Counted from the stretch's first letter, positions 40,080 to 50,048 are shown. The stretch is 64,000 bases of DNA from a candidate division FCPU426 bacterium (GCA_963771075.1 CAVYSE010000011.1:192001-256000), one strand, 5' to 3'. Numbers and translations are program-made. The notes: a model not told the origin generated them from the sequence alone.

Positions 40080-41201
40080 TCAGTTTATAAATTCCCACCA
40101 GTTTTCGGGTATTTTTACAGTTTTGTATGTGTGAAGAATATGTCCCGTGAAGGTATCCACCACATAGGACCAATCCTGATACTGTGGGGATGGACCCCAT
40201 TTATGGATGCATCCAATATGAATGAGTACTCTGTTGTCATCAGGTGAAAAAGCCTGTCCGTCGGATGATGTTTCACAACCCTTGGCATGGGCCATTTGGT
40301 TGTAATCTCGGTTGGTTTCCAAATCCATCGGCCATTCTTTCCCGCCCTTCAAAACATGCATTAAAAGGTTTCGGCAATCCGAGCAAGGTCCATTGTTAAT
40401 GAGTATTAAATCGCCCTTATGGTCCAGGATGGGTAGGATGCTTCGTCCATGGCGAAAATAAAGAAGAGGCTTGGCATCCCCCGGTCTTTGGATAAATTCG
40501 AACCTGCCTTTTTCCCCGCTTTTTTCATCTGTGGACAGGGTCAAAAAAAGACAGTTTTGGCGATTATCAAGGTTTATTCCGATCAAGTTGAGTTCTTGGG
40601 GGATCAGATCGTCGATGGAAAAAGGTTCACCCTTGGTCAACCAAAAATGCCAGGGCCGGATCATGGCGCTGATATAAAAATTCGGGCTTTTTTGAAAAAC
40701 CCCTTCCATCTTTTTTTGGCCATTGTCATACCATTCAGTCCATAAACCGGTTTCGTTTCCTTTGTCGAAGGAACCTTCGCTTTCCAATTGCCCGTTGCCG
40801 TACCAGGACTTCCAAACGCCGGTTTGCTTCCCATCCTCATATTGTCCTTTTTGCATTTTGTTACCCTTGCCATCCAAGGAAGCAAAGAGGCCGGATAATA
40901 GGTCGTTCTCGTAATTCTCAAGTTTATAGGGATGGCCATCCTGGTAATATTCGGTCCATTTCCCCATTTTCATTCCAGCGTGGAAGTTGCCCTTTTCTCG
41001 AATGGTTTTCCCATCGGGGTAGTAAAAGATCCACATGCCCTCTTTTAGGCCGGAAATGGTTTTCCCCTCCCATTCCTTCCGGTTTGTCCCCTTCCAGTTT
41101 TGGACGGAAAATCCGTTTTCCACCCCTTCGTTGCCATTCGCCCAAAGGGAGGTAATGGAACATGAACCGAGAACCATAAACATCAGGAGATATTTCATCA
41201 T
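40080..41201 (-). CDS. secreted MORN-variant (YwqK-like) repeat protein
   Basis: Repeats GMWIFYYPDG, GKWTEYYQDG, GVWKSWYGNG, GLWTEWYDNG. Confidence 0.85.
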   Translation of the reverse strand: MMKYLLMFMVLGSCSITSLWANGNEGVENGFSVQNWKGTNRKEWEGKTISGLKEGMWIFYYPDGKTIREKGNFHAGMKMGKWTEYYQDGHPYKLENYENDLLSGLFASLDGKGNKMQKGQYEDGKQTGVWKSWYGNGQLESEGSFDKGNETGLWTEWYDNGQKKMEGVFQKSPNFYISAMIRPWHFWLTKGEPFSIDDLIPQELNLIGINLDNRQNCLFLTLSTDEKSGEKGRFEFIQRPGDAKPLLYFRHGRSILPILDHKGDLILINNGPCSDCRNLLMHVLKGGKEWPMDLETNRDYNQMAHAKGCETSSDGQAFSPDDNRVLIHIGCIHKWGPSPQYQDWSYVVDTFTGHILHTYKTVKIPENWWEFIN

Positions 41202-41313
41202 GGGGTTTTCCTTATTGTCTGAAGGCAATAAATTTCTTTGCGTTTCTTTTGTCCAATATGGGTACTTTGTTTTCCATTAATAAGCCCGATTTTACCCCTG
41301 AATGGTACGGGGA

Positions 41314-41482
41314 GTGTCTTTTGATAGACACGCAAAGACACCGGAATGACACGGGGGCACCACCCTTTCGCAATAAGTCGCAGGGGTGTGTCTTTGAAAA
41401 TCAAAGGGTTGTGTCTTAAAGAGTCGCAGGCCTTTTGTGTCTTATACGTGTCTTTGAGTGTCATTGAAATCACTTTTTTGTC
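41314..41482. repeat. phased GACAC/GTGTC array with central IHF-like site
   Basis: GACAC at 41327/41337/41348; GTGTC at 41314/41388/41411/41437/41448/41458; AATCAAAGGGTTG at 41399. Confidence 0.75.
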
Positions 41483-41509
41483 CTCACATGCCGTCAAAAT
41501 TCATCACCT

Positions 41510-41553
41510 AAAAAAAAGACCCCGCTCTCCAAAAATCGGAGGGCGGGGTCTTT
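41510..41553 (-). terminator. rho-independent terminator
   Basis: AAAGACCCCGCTCTCC..GGAGGGCGGGGTCTTT with an A run on +. Confidence 0.75.
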
Positions 41554-41625
41554 GTGCTTCGCTGGAAACAGTTATTTTTTTGTTATCTGAGGCCGTTTTT
41601 CGAGGGTTCGCCAATCTCTGCTTAG

Positions 41626-41661
41626 AAAAAAACCAGACCCCTCGTTGAGAGAAGTCTGGTT
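41626..41661 (-). terminator. terminator after tRNA-Asn
   Basis: AACCAGAC..GTCTGGTT stem with A8 on +. Confidence 0.65.
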
Positions 41662-41667
41662 CGATAA

Positions 41668-41742
41668 TGGCTCCCCGGGTTGGACTCGAACCAACAGCCC
41701 TGCGATTAACAGTCGCATGCTCCACCATTGAGCTACCGGGGA
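41668..41742 (-). tRNA. tRNA-Asn(GTT)
   Basis: TCCCCGGTAGCTCAATGG..CTGTTAA..GGTTCGAGTCC..GGGGAGCCA. Confidence 0.97.
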
Positions 41743-41918
41743 ATTTCCCGAAAACACGGGTTTTTTTAAAATTTGTTTGAGGCTAAAAAAGCCCGAAAAC
41801 ATGGGTTTTCGGGGGAGGGATAGTCTAATGAGCCATCCCCAAAAGTCAAGTTTACCCTAAAAGCCCATTTTCATAAATCTTGGATTTAAGGGCGGTGTCG
41901 GAGGGAAAATTTCCGAGA

Positions 41919-42953
41919 TCAACCCGTTGTGCCGTTTCCCCAGGGGTTCCAATCCATGCCCTCGGGCAGGTTAGGCTTCGTCCCTTTTCGGTAGGCCTCG
42001 ATCATCAAGTCCTCGAAGGTGTCTTCCTCCGCTTTCTGGGTCTTTCCGGCTTGTTCCATCCATTCGAACTGGCGGCGCCAGGTCTCGGCCAGGGGCACGG
42101 TGGTCTTGAATCCGAGGTCGCGATTTGCTTTGGCGTTGTCGAAGACAGAAGGATATTGGTAGATGTATTTAACACCCACTGCGCGGTGGGGTGTATGGGA
42201 GTAAAGCCAGTCGGTCGGGATGTGCACGGGATTGAAGGTTCCCCCGACCGCCTGGGCCATGGCCTGGTAGACCCCGTCCCAGGTGGTGTGTTCATCGCTT
42301 GTCGCGTGATAGGCCTGGCCGTAGGCCTTAGGGTTCAAGAGGGAATTCACGAAGGCCCGGCCCACATCGGAAACATGCGCCACCGCCCAGGCGGCACGGC
42401 CGTCGTCCATGACGATGACGGGCAGTCCTTTCCGGAGGCGGTTGGGGAGGCTGTTGTCGAACAGTAACCCGGGGTACTCGGCGCCTTCGCCGGTGGTATA
42501 GGAGGGACGAATAACGGTGGTGTGGAGGCCGTTCTTCCCGTTGGCCGAGAGAAGGATCTGCTCAATCCTGGATTTGTTCTTCCCGTACTCTCCCACGGGC
42601 CGGTGGGGTTCATCGTCGGTGGCGGGCAGTTGGGTCATGGGACCTCCGTAAACGCAGACGGTAGAGCAAACGACGATCTGTTTCACTTTTCCGGTGAAGG
42701 CCCTCAATACCGATTCGGCGTTCTCGGGCGCGAAAGCCACCATGTCGATGACGACGTCAAAGGACGCATCCCGCATTTGGGCCTCGAAGGCCGGGTAGTC
42801 CCATCGGTTGCCCTTGATCTCCTTGACGGTTTTGGGGATTCGCCAGGGGGTGATGCCCCGGTTATAGATGGTTACGTCGTCTCCCCGCTCAACAAGTTGG
42901 TGGACGATGGCCGTGGAAATAAGGCCGGTGCCGCCGAGGATTAGGATTTTCAT
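41919..42953 (-). CDS. NAD-dependent epimerase/dehydratase (extended SDR)
   Basis: ILGGTGLIS, YGKNK, IRP. Confidence 0.92.
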   Translation of the reverse strand: MKILILGGTGLISTAIVHQLVERGDDVTIYNRGITPWRIPKTVKEIKGNRWDYPAFEAQMRDASFDVVIDMVAFAPENAESVLRAFTGKVKQIVVCSTVCVYGGPMTQLPATDDEPHRPVGEYGKNKSRIEQILLSANGKNGLHTTVIRPSYTTGEGAEYPGLLFDNSLPNRLRKGLPVIVMDDGRAAWAVAHVSDVGRAFVNSLLNPKAYGQAYHATSDEHTTWDGVYQAMAQAVGGTFNPVHIPTDWLYSHTPHRAVGVKYIYQYPSVFDNAKANRDLGFKTTVPLAETWRRQFEWMEQAGKTQKAEEDTFEDLMIEAYRKGTKPNLPEGMDWNPWGNGTTG

Positions 42954-43068
42954 GGGAACTCCCGTTTAGGAATGATCAGGCGGGGCTATTTTAAAGGCAA
43001 AACCGATTCGCCTGAAGCACAACCCGAGGGGGATCGGGTGGAAGCGATTTTATTCAACAAAAAATGAA

Positions 43069-45303
43069 TTATCGAACGAGTGAAGGGAAGAGGGTTCTTA
43101 ATAGGTAGTATTCATTGTAGGGTTTTTCGTCTCGTAGTACGACTCCCGGATTCGCGGCTAAAAGCTTTAGAGGGTCCACTTCCTTTTTCCATTGTTCGTG
43201 GAAAAGACCCAGGGGAACCGCCGCGGCAGGAATGAGTTCAAGTAAGTCGGACTTGGCGCTGGAGGGTATTCGAGATAGAAGTTCCTGGTCCGTCGGCAGC
43301 GGAAGGGGTGAGTCGGAAGCGATAAAATGGTAACCCCATCCCTCGATGGACAGATAAGCCCGAACGTAAGGAAAGGAATCCAGGATAGAGTGTGTGACCG
43401 CGGCGAGCGTTCGGGGGTCATCATACGGGAACCATTGCTGTAGTATCCCGCGCGGTTGGAGATGCGATTTGGCCAATTGATAAAATTCCACCGAGTAAAG
43501 AAGGCTTGACCCCGCCGCCTCCACGGGAGGGGGTGGATCAATCGTGATAACGTCAAATTTTTGTTGGGTCCGCTCGAGAAAACGGCGCCCGTCATCCGCG
43601 ATCCTGCGGCCCCGGGGATTGGGAAATTGACTTTCCTCGCCTGGATAGAAAAAGGAAAAGGCGTGGAATACGCCGGGGTTCAGGTCCACGGCGGTGGTGT
43701 CGAGGCCCCAGCTTAAAAGCGAACGGTAAGTGGTCCCCATTCCAAAACAAATATCCAGCGCGGTTTGGGGAGGGTGGGGGAGAAAGGCGAGGGGAAGATG
43801 GGCCATCATTTTCGGCAGGGGCGTTAGGCCTGTCATGCTGATCCCGTTTACGAAGAGCCGCTCGTAATTTCCGTTCGCTCCCGCCACAACGGTGGCGGCA
43901 TAGTCGCGGAAGGTCTTGGTTTTCGGGAAATACAGGCTCAAGCGTTCCTCGTAACTGACGGTCCCGAACCACCCCAGGGCGGAGAGGGCCAGGGTGATGG
44001 ATAACGCGGCGACGGTCCAGGGGGAGTTTTTTTCCGATTTCGGGGCGGGGAAAAAAAGCATCAGGGAGAGAAAGAGCAAAGCCAGCAGGATCATCCCGGT
44101 CTTGGACCCCATGCCGGGAAGGACGAGGTAGGAAGCGGCCAAGGGTCCCAGGATGCATCCCAGGATATTGACGGCATAAGCCCCGCCCGCTTTTTGGGGG
44201 TCGCCATTCGAATAATGATCGGTCAATTTGGGAGTTAGATATCCCAGCAGAAACGACAGGGGGACCAGGCTTACCAAGACCCCGGCCGCGGAGGATTGAA
44301 TCCGTTGGTCGTTGAAAACAACCGGAATCAATGAGGCTATCGGAAGATAAGCCAGGAGTTGGGTGAAGGAAAGGTCTTTGCCGAGGCGCAAGTCCCTTCG
44401 ATAAAAAGCCGTTCCGATGACGGTGCCCAGAAGGTATGTGAATAAGAGGCTGGCGAATGAATAAACCTGGGTCCGTAAAATGACGGTGAATGCCCGGGTC
44501 CAGATCACTTCAAGCGCCATGGCGGCGAAACCGGTCGTGAAGAGAATCAAGAGCATCCAGTTTCCTTTCGTGTGGTTTTCAAGCTGCGGAATCGGGTCTT
44601 CGGGGATGGGGGAGGCGGAAACGGAATAAGCCGGTCCCTGGTTTGGTTGATAGGCCAGCCCCATCGCGGTCAAACCTACCGCGAAATTCAAACAGGAGGT
44701 CAGCCCGAGGGTTCCTTTGAAACCGAATAATTCGATGAGCGCGACGGACACGACCGCTACCCCCGTGAGGGCGCCCGAGGTATTGGCGATATAGAGGAAA
44801 CTGAAGCTGTTTTTTGAAAAATCATTATTCCGTCTCAAATGAGCCATCATGAGGGGAAGAGTGGCACCCATGCAAAAACACCAAGCCAGGAGCGAGAGGG
44901 TGATGACGGCGGAGGAAAAAAACAAATAGGAAGCTGAGTCGGCCTCTCCCAAGGAAAGGAGGAGGCCCCGGCCCCATTGAAAGCTGACAGGGACGCAAAA
45001 AGCCCCGATGCCAATGAGAATTTCGCACAAACCATAGGCGAACAGGGTTCCCTGGGGGAATCGATCCCCCAGGAACGAGCCCAGCTTTCCCCCGGCCCAG
45101 GAACCCAGGGCCAGCCCCGCCATGAAGACGGATAGAACGACGGATAAAACAGGGGTGGTAATGCCGAAAGCGGCGTAAGCCAACCGCAGCCAGATGGTTT
45201 GGTAAATCAACGCGCAAAACCCCGAGACGAAGAAGAAAACCGCCACCCAGGGAATGAGCAAATGTTTGGATTTCAAACCGTCCGCCTTTTCGGCTTTACT
45301 CAA
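43069..45303 (-). CDS. fused MFS-like/spermidine synthase protein
   Basis: SGFCALIYQ..W.R twice-repeated membrane unit; ICFGMGTT, DDGRRFL, FDVITIDPP. Confidence 0.9.
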   Translation of the reverse strand: MSKAEKADGLKSKHLLIPWVAVFFFVSGFCALIYQTIWLRLAYAAFGITTPVLSVVLSVFMAGLALGSWAGGKLGSFLGDRFPQGTLFAYGLCEILIGIGAFCVPVSFQWGRGLLLSLGEADSASYLFFSSAVITLSLLAWCFCMGATLPLMMAHLRRNNDFSKNSFSFLYIANTSGALTGVAVVSVALIELFGFKGTLGLTSCLNFAVGLTAMGLAYQPNQGPAYSVSASPIPEDPIPQLENHTKGNWMLLILFTTGFAAMALEVIWTRAFTVILRTQVYSFASLLFTYLLGTVIGTAFYRRDLRLGKDLSFTQLLAYLPIASLIPVVFNDQRIQSSAAGVLVSLVPLSFLLGYLTPKLTDHYSNGDPQKAGGAYAVNILGCILGPLAASYLVLPGMGSKTGMILLALLFLSLMLFFPAPKSEKNSPWTVAALSITLALSALGWFGTVSYEERLSLYFPKTKTFRDYAATVVAGANGNYERLFVNGISMTGLTPLPKMMAHLPLAFLPHPPQTALDICFGMGTTYRSLLSWGLDTTAVDLNPGVFHAFSFFYPGEESQFPNPRGRRIADDGRRFLERTQQKFDVITIDPPPPVEAAGSSLLYSVEFYQLAKSHLQPRGILQQWFPYDDPRTLAAVTHSILDSFPYVRAYLSIEGWGYHFIASDSPLPLPTDQELLSRIPSSAKSDLLELIPAAAVPLGLFHEQWKKEVDPLKLLAANPGVVLRDEKPYNEYYLLRTLFPSLVR

Positions 45304-45351
45304 AGCGAGCGTGCAAGTTTAACAAAAACATCGGGGAAATCCGAAAGGGAT

Positions 45352-46422
45352 TCAGTTCCACCCCAAGTATTTTCGGATGACCGGCACCAATAGATCCGCC
45401 AAGTGCCGATGCGCCACCGCGAGTGGATGGTAATCGCACCCGAGTTCCGAAAGGGGAACGCTGGCGTAGCCAACGAACAACACTTTCTTGTCGCCCCAGC
45501 GGTTCGCGCTATCCACGGTTTCCCGGACGAGGGGACTGAAGTAGGGCCAGCCCGTGGTGGTAAAGCAGAAGATCCAAGCCTGGGGATAAGCGGCGCGGAC
45601 CTGCTGAAGGAGTTGCCGGTACCGGTCCATGAAGAATTGTGGATCGGCGCGGGGCGGGGAAGAGAAGTCGTTCAAGCCCAAATGGATCACAACCGCGTCC
45701 GGAATCCATCGGTGAAAATCCCACGGGCAATCGGTCGATTCCACCAGGGTGCGGGCCCAGAGGGCATCGAAAGGTTCTTTTGAAGCCGTTGACGGATCAC
45801 CGTAATTGCGGACGACACCCCGACCGGAAAAGGCGGTCAGGTGGGCTTCGGCGTTCAGCTCCCGCGCGGCCTGCGCGCCAAAAGCCAGGTCGGCGTTCTC
45901 GAAAGGCCGCAGGTCCTTGCAGTGAAGGGTGGTCGCTTCGTCCCCATAGCCGCAAATCCAGGAATCCCCGAGGAACTCGATCCGGCGCGTTGGCGCGCTC
46001 GGAGGCGTCCGGGCTTCACCCCGGGGTCCCAAGATCATTCCCTTAAATAAAACCGGCCCGAACAGACCCTCCGTTCGTTTGATGATCTCCAACCGGTGCC
46101 ATCCCGGCGAAAGATTCCGGACCCAATAGGGGGCGAGGGCTGGACCGCAGACCCAGGTGGTCACCGGTTTCCCATCCACCTTGACCCAAAGGTTGTTTCG
46201 AGCACCGTCGAGAAGAAAACCAACTTCGGTTTCCTTGATATCCACTTGGAAGGAAACTCCCGGCCAGTCGAAGATCGCGCCTCGGGTTTTATTCTCGATC
46301 ACCCGGCCGGTGTATTGGATGAGGGGCGAATCGGGGGGGATGATCCCGCTGGCAAAGAGGGTCGGGGGAAGCAAGGCCAAGCAACCGGCCCATCCCATAA
46401 AGACCAGGCGGAGAGGTTTCAT
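45352..46422 (-). CDS. CE2-type SGNH/GDSL carbohydrate esterase
   Basis: YTGR..FDWPG, IEFLGDSWICGYG, LGLND, CDYHP. Confidence 0.9.
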   Translation of the reverse strand: MKPLRLVFMGWAGCLALLPPTLFASGIIPPDSPLIQYTGRVIENKTRGAIFDWPGVSFQVDIKETEVGFLLDGARNNLWVKVDGKPVTTWVCGPALAPYWVRNLSPGWHRLEIIKRTEGLFGPVLFKGMILGPRGEARTPPSAPTRRIEFLGDSWICGYGDEATTLHCKDLRPFENADLAFGAQAARELNAEAHLTAFSGRGVVRNYGDPSTASKEPFDALWARTLVESTDCPWDFHRWIPDAVVIHLGLNDFSSPPRADPQFFMDRYRQLLQQVRAAYPQAWIFCFTTTGWPYFSPLVRETVDSANRWGDKKVLFVGYASVPLSELGCDYHPLAVAHRHLADLLVPVIRKYLGWN

Positions 46423-46525
46423 GTTCCTCCTAGTAGTTTACGGTGCCCTTTCTGGGTTTTGAGGAAAATAGACTTGCGCCATTTTTCGATAAGTCGTTCA
46501 AGGAATATGGTACTGGATCGACATC

Positions 46526-47128
46526 CTATAATTCCCTTCGCCCTTCCAGGGCTTTGAGGAGAGTCGATTCGTCCGCGTATTCCACGTCGCCCCCCGAGGG
46601 CAGGCCGCGGGCGAGGCGGGTGACCTTGACGCCGGACTGCTTCAAGAGGTGCTGGATATAAAGCCCGGTGGAATCCCCTTCCACCGTGGGATCGGTGGCG
46701 ACGATGATCTCCTTGAAATCGCCCTTGGTTTTCACCCTTTCCACCAGGGAATTCAAATTCAAATCTCCCGGGCCCCGGCCTTCCAGGGGCGATAGATTCC
46801 CGCCCAAAACATGGTAGAGTCCGCGAAACTCATGAGTACGTTCGAACGCAATGACGTCACTGGGGTCCTCTACCACCAGGATCACCTGACGGTCCCTTCC
46901 GGTGGAAAGGCAAATCCTGCACAGGGTTTCCTCGGTCAAGTTATGGCAATCCTGGCAGGGATGAAGCTTGGTGCGGGCCTCGACCAGGCCGTGGGCCAGG
47001 AGCTTGGAATTCTCCATGGGTTGTTTTAAGAGGTGAAAAGCCAGGCGTTGGGCGGAACGCGGCCCGACCCCGGGAAGTTTTTCCAATTCGTGCAGCAATT
47101 TTTCGAGGGAAGGAGGATAGTCCGGCAT
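46526..47128 (-). CDS. recR: recombination protein RecR
   Basis: LPGVGPRSAQRLAF, C4 zinc finger, YHVLGG, EGDST, EYADE. Confidence 0.97.
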   Translation of the reverse strand: MPDYPPSLEKLLHELEKLPGVGPRSAQRLAFHLLKQPMENSKLLAHGLVEARTKLHPCQDCHNLTEETLCRICLSTGRDRQVILVVEDPSDVIAFERTHEFRGLYHVLGGNLSPLEGRGPGDLNLNSLVERVKTKGDFKEIIVATDPTVEGDSTGLYIQHLLKQSGVKVTRLARGLPSGGDVEYADESTLLKALEGRREL

Positions 47129-47228
47129 GGCACCCGCAGTCTATCGGTAATGAGATGTGGGGATTATAGGGCGTTTAACCCGGGAAAAAACCGCCCGGAA
47201 AAGGAAAAAATAAAAACCCTTCCTTTCA

Positions 47229-47540
47229 TTAAAGAAGGCCGGGAATGCCCAGGCCGCCGGTCATGCGGTTGACTTCTTCTTTCACCTTATTGTTCACTTC
47301 CTGGCCGGCGTTGTTGATGGCGGTCTTCACAAGGTTCTCAATCTGTTCCTGGTTTCCCGAGGCGATCAGTTTGGAACTGATCGTGATGCTTTGAACCTCA
47401 TGCTTTCCGTTCACGATGACGTTCACCGCGTTGCCCCCCGCAGAACCCTCGAACTCCTGAGTTTCCATCTCTTTCTGGAACGTGGCCATCTTTTCCTTCA
47501 TCAGTTGGGCTTGGCGGAAAAGGCTGAGCATGTCAGGCAT
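47229..47540 (-). CDS. ybaB: YbaB/EbfC nucleoid-associated protein
   Basis: QAQ.M, GSAGG.AV.V..NG, MTGGLGIPG; dnaX-ybaB-recR synteny. Confidence 0.95.
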   Translation of the reverse strand: MPDMLSLFRQAQLMKEKMATFQKEMETQEFEGSAGGNAVNVIVNGKHEVQSITISSKLIASGNQEQIENLVKTAINNAGQEVNNKVKEEVNRMTGGLGIPGLL

Positions 47541-47610
47541 GGGACTCTCCATCAACTTGGGATGCAACCTTTATAAAGCCTTTCAGGTCAATAATTAACC
47601 CGAAAAATGA

Positions 47611-49338
47611 TTACTTGTTTTGCGGATTGTTCCGTTTGATTTCGACAATTTTCCCGCCGAACATTTTCAGGGCGGCGGCAACGATGGGTTCCTCTTTTTC
47701 AAGTTCTTTGGTGTCGATTTTAGGGACGGAGAGGGGTTTGGGCGCGCGGGGCCCGTTGGGTTTGGCGGTGTCCACCGGGGCGGGACCCGCGAGAACCGGA
47801 ACGAGATGGATGGGCCTCCCCGTTTCTTCCTCCAAGATTTTTTCAACGATGATCTTGTTTTCCGTTTTGGCCATCTGTTCCTGATGGAAAGGGCCGAGAC
47901 AGGCGAGTACCAGGGTGTCCTCATCCATCTTTTTGGGATGGGTATCGCGCAAAATGGCTTCCAGTGCCTTTTTCTGGCCAGCGACCTTTTCCAGGATCTC
48001 CCGCCAGCGGCCCTTGATCTTCGAGAATTCGGGGCTGGAACCGCTCTCGGGGGCGTCCTCGATCTCGCTTACCGCCAGGGTGGGTTCGCCCTCGGAAGCT
48101 TGGTCGGATAGGGGCACGGGTGCTTCGTAAGGAAGGATCGACACGGCGGAGGAACCGGAGGGTATGGGATTGGTGGCGCGCGTCGAAGAAGTAGAAAGCT
48201 TGAGGCTGCCCTTATCCCCCTGCCTCAGTAAATCGCCCAACGAAACCAGAGAACCCATCCTGCAAAGTTCCAGGACCACGGTTTCGATCACGATCATGGG
48301 GTTTCCCGATTTTCGAACGTGCCATTCCTGCTCGATCAGCAGGCGCAGGGAGGATAGGATCTGGGCCTCGTCCATTCCCGCCGCCAAATCCACCAGGCGT
48401 TGGACCTCCTCGGCGGAAAGTGGGATAAGACTCGCGGCGGCGGAGGGGTGGGCCTTGGCGACCGCCAGGTGACGGAAGGTTTCCAAAAGGCCGAAATAGA
48501 AATATTCAAGGTCTTTCCCGCTGTCGAGGACGGAGCGCACCAGGGCCAATCCCGCGGGGGCATTTTGGTCCAGGGCGGCTTGCGCCAGGTTGAGGAACAC
48601 CTCCACCTCAATGGTGCCCAACACCATCCGAATGTCTTCCAGCGTGACTTTCTTGCCCGAGAAAGCGACGATCTGGTCCAGGGTTCGCTGTCCGTCCCGC
48701 ATGGAACCGTTCGCGGCCCGCGCGACCTGGTAAAGGGACTTGTCGTCGATCTCGATCTTCTCGGCTTCGCTGATGTGGCGCAGTTGGCGCACCAGGGTGT
48801 CCATCCCCATGGAGCGGAACTCGAAACGCTGGCAGCGCGACTGGACGGTGGGGGGGAATTGGTGAATCTCGGTGGAAGCCAGGATGAAGATGACATGGGC
48901 GGGTGGCTCTTCCAGGGTTTTCAAAAAGGCGTCGAAACCCTGTTTCGTGATCCGGTGGGCCTCGTCGAAAATGTACACCTTGTAACGGGCTTTGGCGGGA
49001 TAGGTTCCCACCTGCTCCTGCAGGTTGCGAATGTCTTCCACGCGGTTAAAGGAAGCCGCGTCGATTTCGATCACGTCCATGGCCGACCCCGCATTCACCT
49101 CCTCGCAGAGGTCGCAGGTGTTGCAGGGTTCCGCGTCCTTGGGGTTTCGGCAGTTCAGCGCCTTGGCGAAGATGCGGGCGGTAGTTGTTTTGCCCACGCC
49201 CCTGGGCCCGGCGAAAATATAGGCGTGGGCGATCCGGTTGGCCTTGATGGCGTTTTGAAGGGTGCGGGTGACTTGCTCCTGGCCCACCATGTCCGCGAAG
49301 GTCTGGGGGCGCCACTTAAGAGCCATGACTTGAGGCAT
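47611..49338 (-). CDS. dnaX: DNA polymerase III gamma/tau
   Basis: KWRPQTF, GPRGVGKTT, EIDAAS, DEAH, LKTLEEPP, SRCQ. Confidence 0.97.
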   Translation of the reverse strand: MPQVMALKWRPQTFADMVGQEQVTRTLQNAIKANRIAHAYIFAGPRGVGKTTTARIFAKALNCRNPKDAEPCNTCDLCEEVNAGSAMDVIEIDAASFNRVEDIRNLQEQVGTYPAKARYKVYIFDEAHRITKQGFDAFLKTLEEPPAHVIFILASTEIHQFPPTVQSRCQRFEFRSMGMDTLVRQLRHISEAEKIEIDDKSLYQVARAANGSMRDGQRTLDQIVAFSGKKVTLEDIRMVLGTIEVEVFLNLAQAALDQNAPAGLALVRSVLDSGKDLEYFYFGLLETFRHLAVAKAHPSAAASLIPLSAEEVQRLVDLAAGMDEAQILSSLRLLIEQEWHVRKSGNPMIVIETVVLELCRMGSLVSLGDLLRQGDKGSLKLSTSSTRATNPIPSGSSAVSILPYEAPVPLSDQASEGEPTLAVSEIEDAPESGSSPEFSKIKGRWREILEKVAGQKKALEAILRDTHPKKMDEDTLVLACLGPFHQEQMAKTENKIIVEKILEEETGRPIHLVPVLAGPAPVDTAKPNGPRAPKPLSVPKIDTKELEKEEPIVAAALKMFGGKIVEIKRNNPQNK

Positions 49339-49350
49339 CCACAACTCCAA

Positions 49351-49430
49351 TTCGCGGTTTGCAGTTCGCCGTTCGCAGCGGACGATTGTCTTAAATGCTT
49401 AACGGCCGGCTGCGAACCGTCAACTGTCAG
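49351..49430. repeat. inverted heptamer tandem repeats
   Basis: TTCGCGG TTTGCAG TTCGCCG TTCGCAG ... CTGCGAA CCGTCAA CTGTCAG. Confidence 0.6.
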
Positions 49431-49437
49431 TTGATTT

Positions 49438-49572
49438 TGGCCCACCCCGTCGTGGAAGCCAGGTGACCCACAACACCCGGGCTCTGACCTTACCGTTGCT
49501 TCCTTCCGGACCTAGCGGAGTTAGGGCCCGCCCGCCGTATGGGACCCGACTTCCACGCTGAGGTGGGGTCAA
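49438..49572 (-). ncRNA. ffs: signal recognition particle RNA
   Basis: AGGTCCGGAAGGAAGCAAC core, long pairing arms, upstream of dnaX. Confidence 0.93.
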
Positions 49573-49652
49573 CATCTTAATCGAAAGGTTGGAGCTTTTT
49601 CCATGATGGAGGTGATGCCTGAGTTAAGAAAAAGAAATGAATGATCAAAAAA

Positions 49653-49800
49653 TGGCGGAGAGAAAGGGATTAGAACCCGCGCAAAGCGCTCACAGGGGAA
49701 AATACCCCTGTGTACCCCATTCTAACGACCGGGGAAACGTTATTTCCCCGCACCCCTTCCAGTGTTCAAATCCTAGTATTAATTTTTGCTTCGCAAAATA
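49653..49800. mobile_element. 148-bp element bounded by a duplicated tRNA-Ser 3' end
   Basis: TGGCGGAGAGAAAGGGATT(A/C)GAACCC at 49653 and 49801, 25/26 identical. Confidence 0.7.
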
Positions 49801-49891
49801 TGGCGGAGAGAAAGGGATTCGAACCCTTGAGACCCTTTTGGAGCCTACACGCTTTCCAGGCGTGCGCCTTCGACCGCTCGGCCATCTCTCC
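49801..49891 (-). tRNA. tRNA-Ser(GGA)
   Basis: GGAGAGATGGCCGAGCGG..CTGGAAA..long variable arm..CTCTCCGCCA. Confidence 0.97.
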
Positions 49892-50048
49892 GTAAACAAA
49901 AAAAGGGCTGAGGGTACCCTCACCCAAAGGAAATCCTTAAAAAAATTGATGCCTCGATAGGTTTTTAAAGTTTAACAATGTCACCATCGGGACGTGCCAA
50001 TTTCTTTTAAATATTGGAACCTGTCGTGTTCCAATTCGAAAGAAAAAT

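Noticed and set aside
41198..41802. Short ORFs across the repeat array and tRNA-Asn
   Set aside because: Overlap the tRNA, terminators and repeats; no protein motifs
47960..47985. Programmed -1 frameshift in dnaX
   Set aside because: Only A5G seen, not the A6G slippery heptamer
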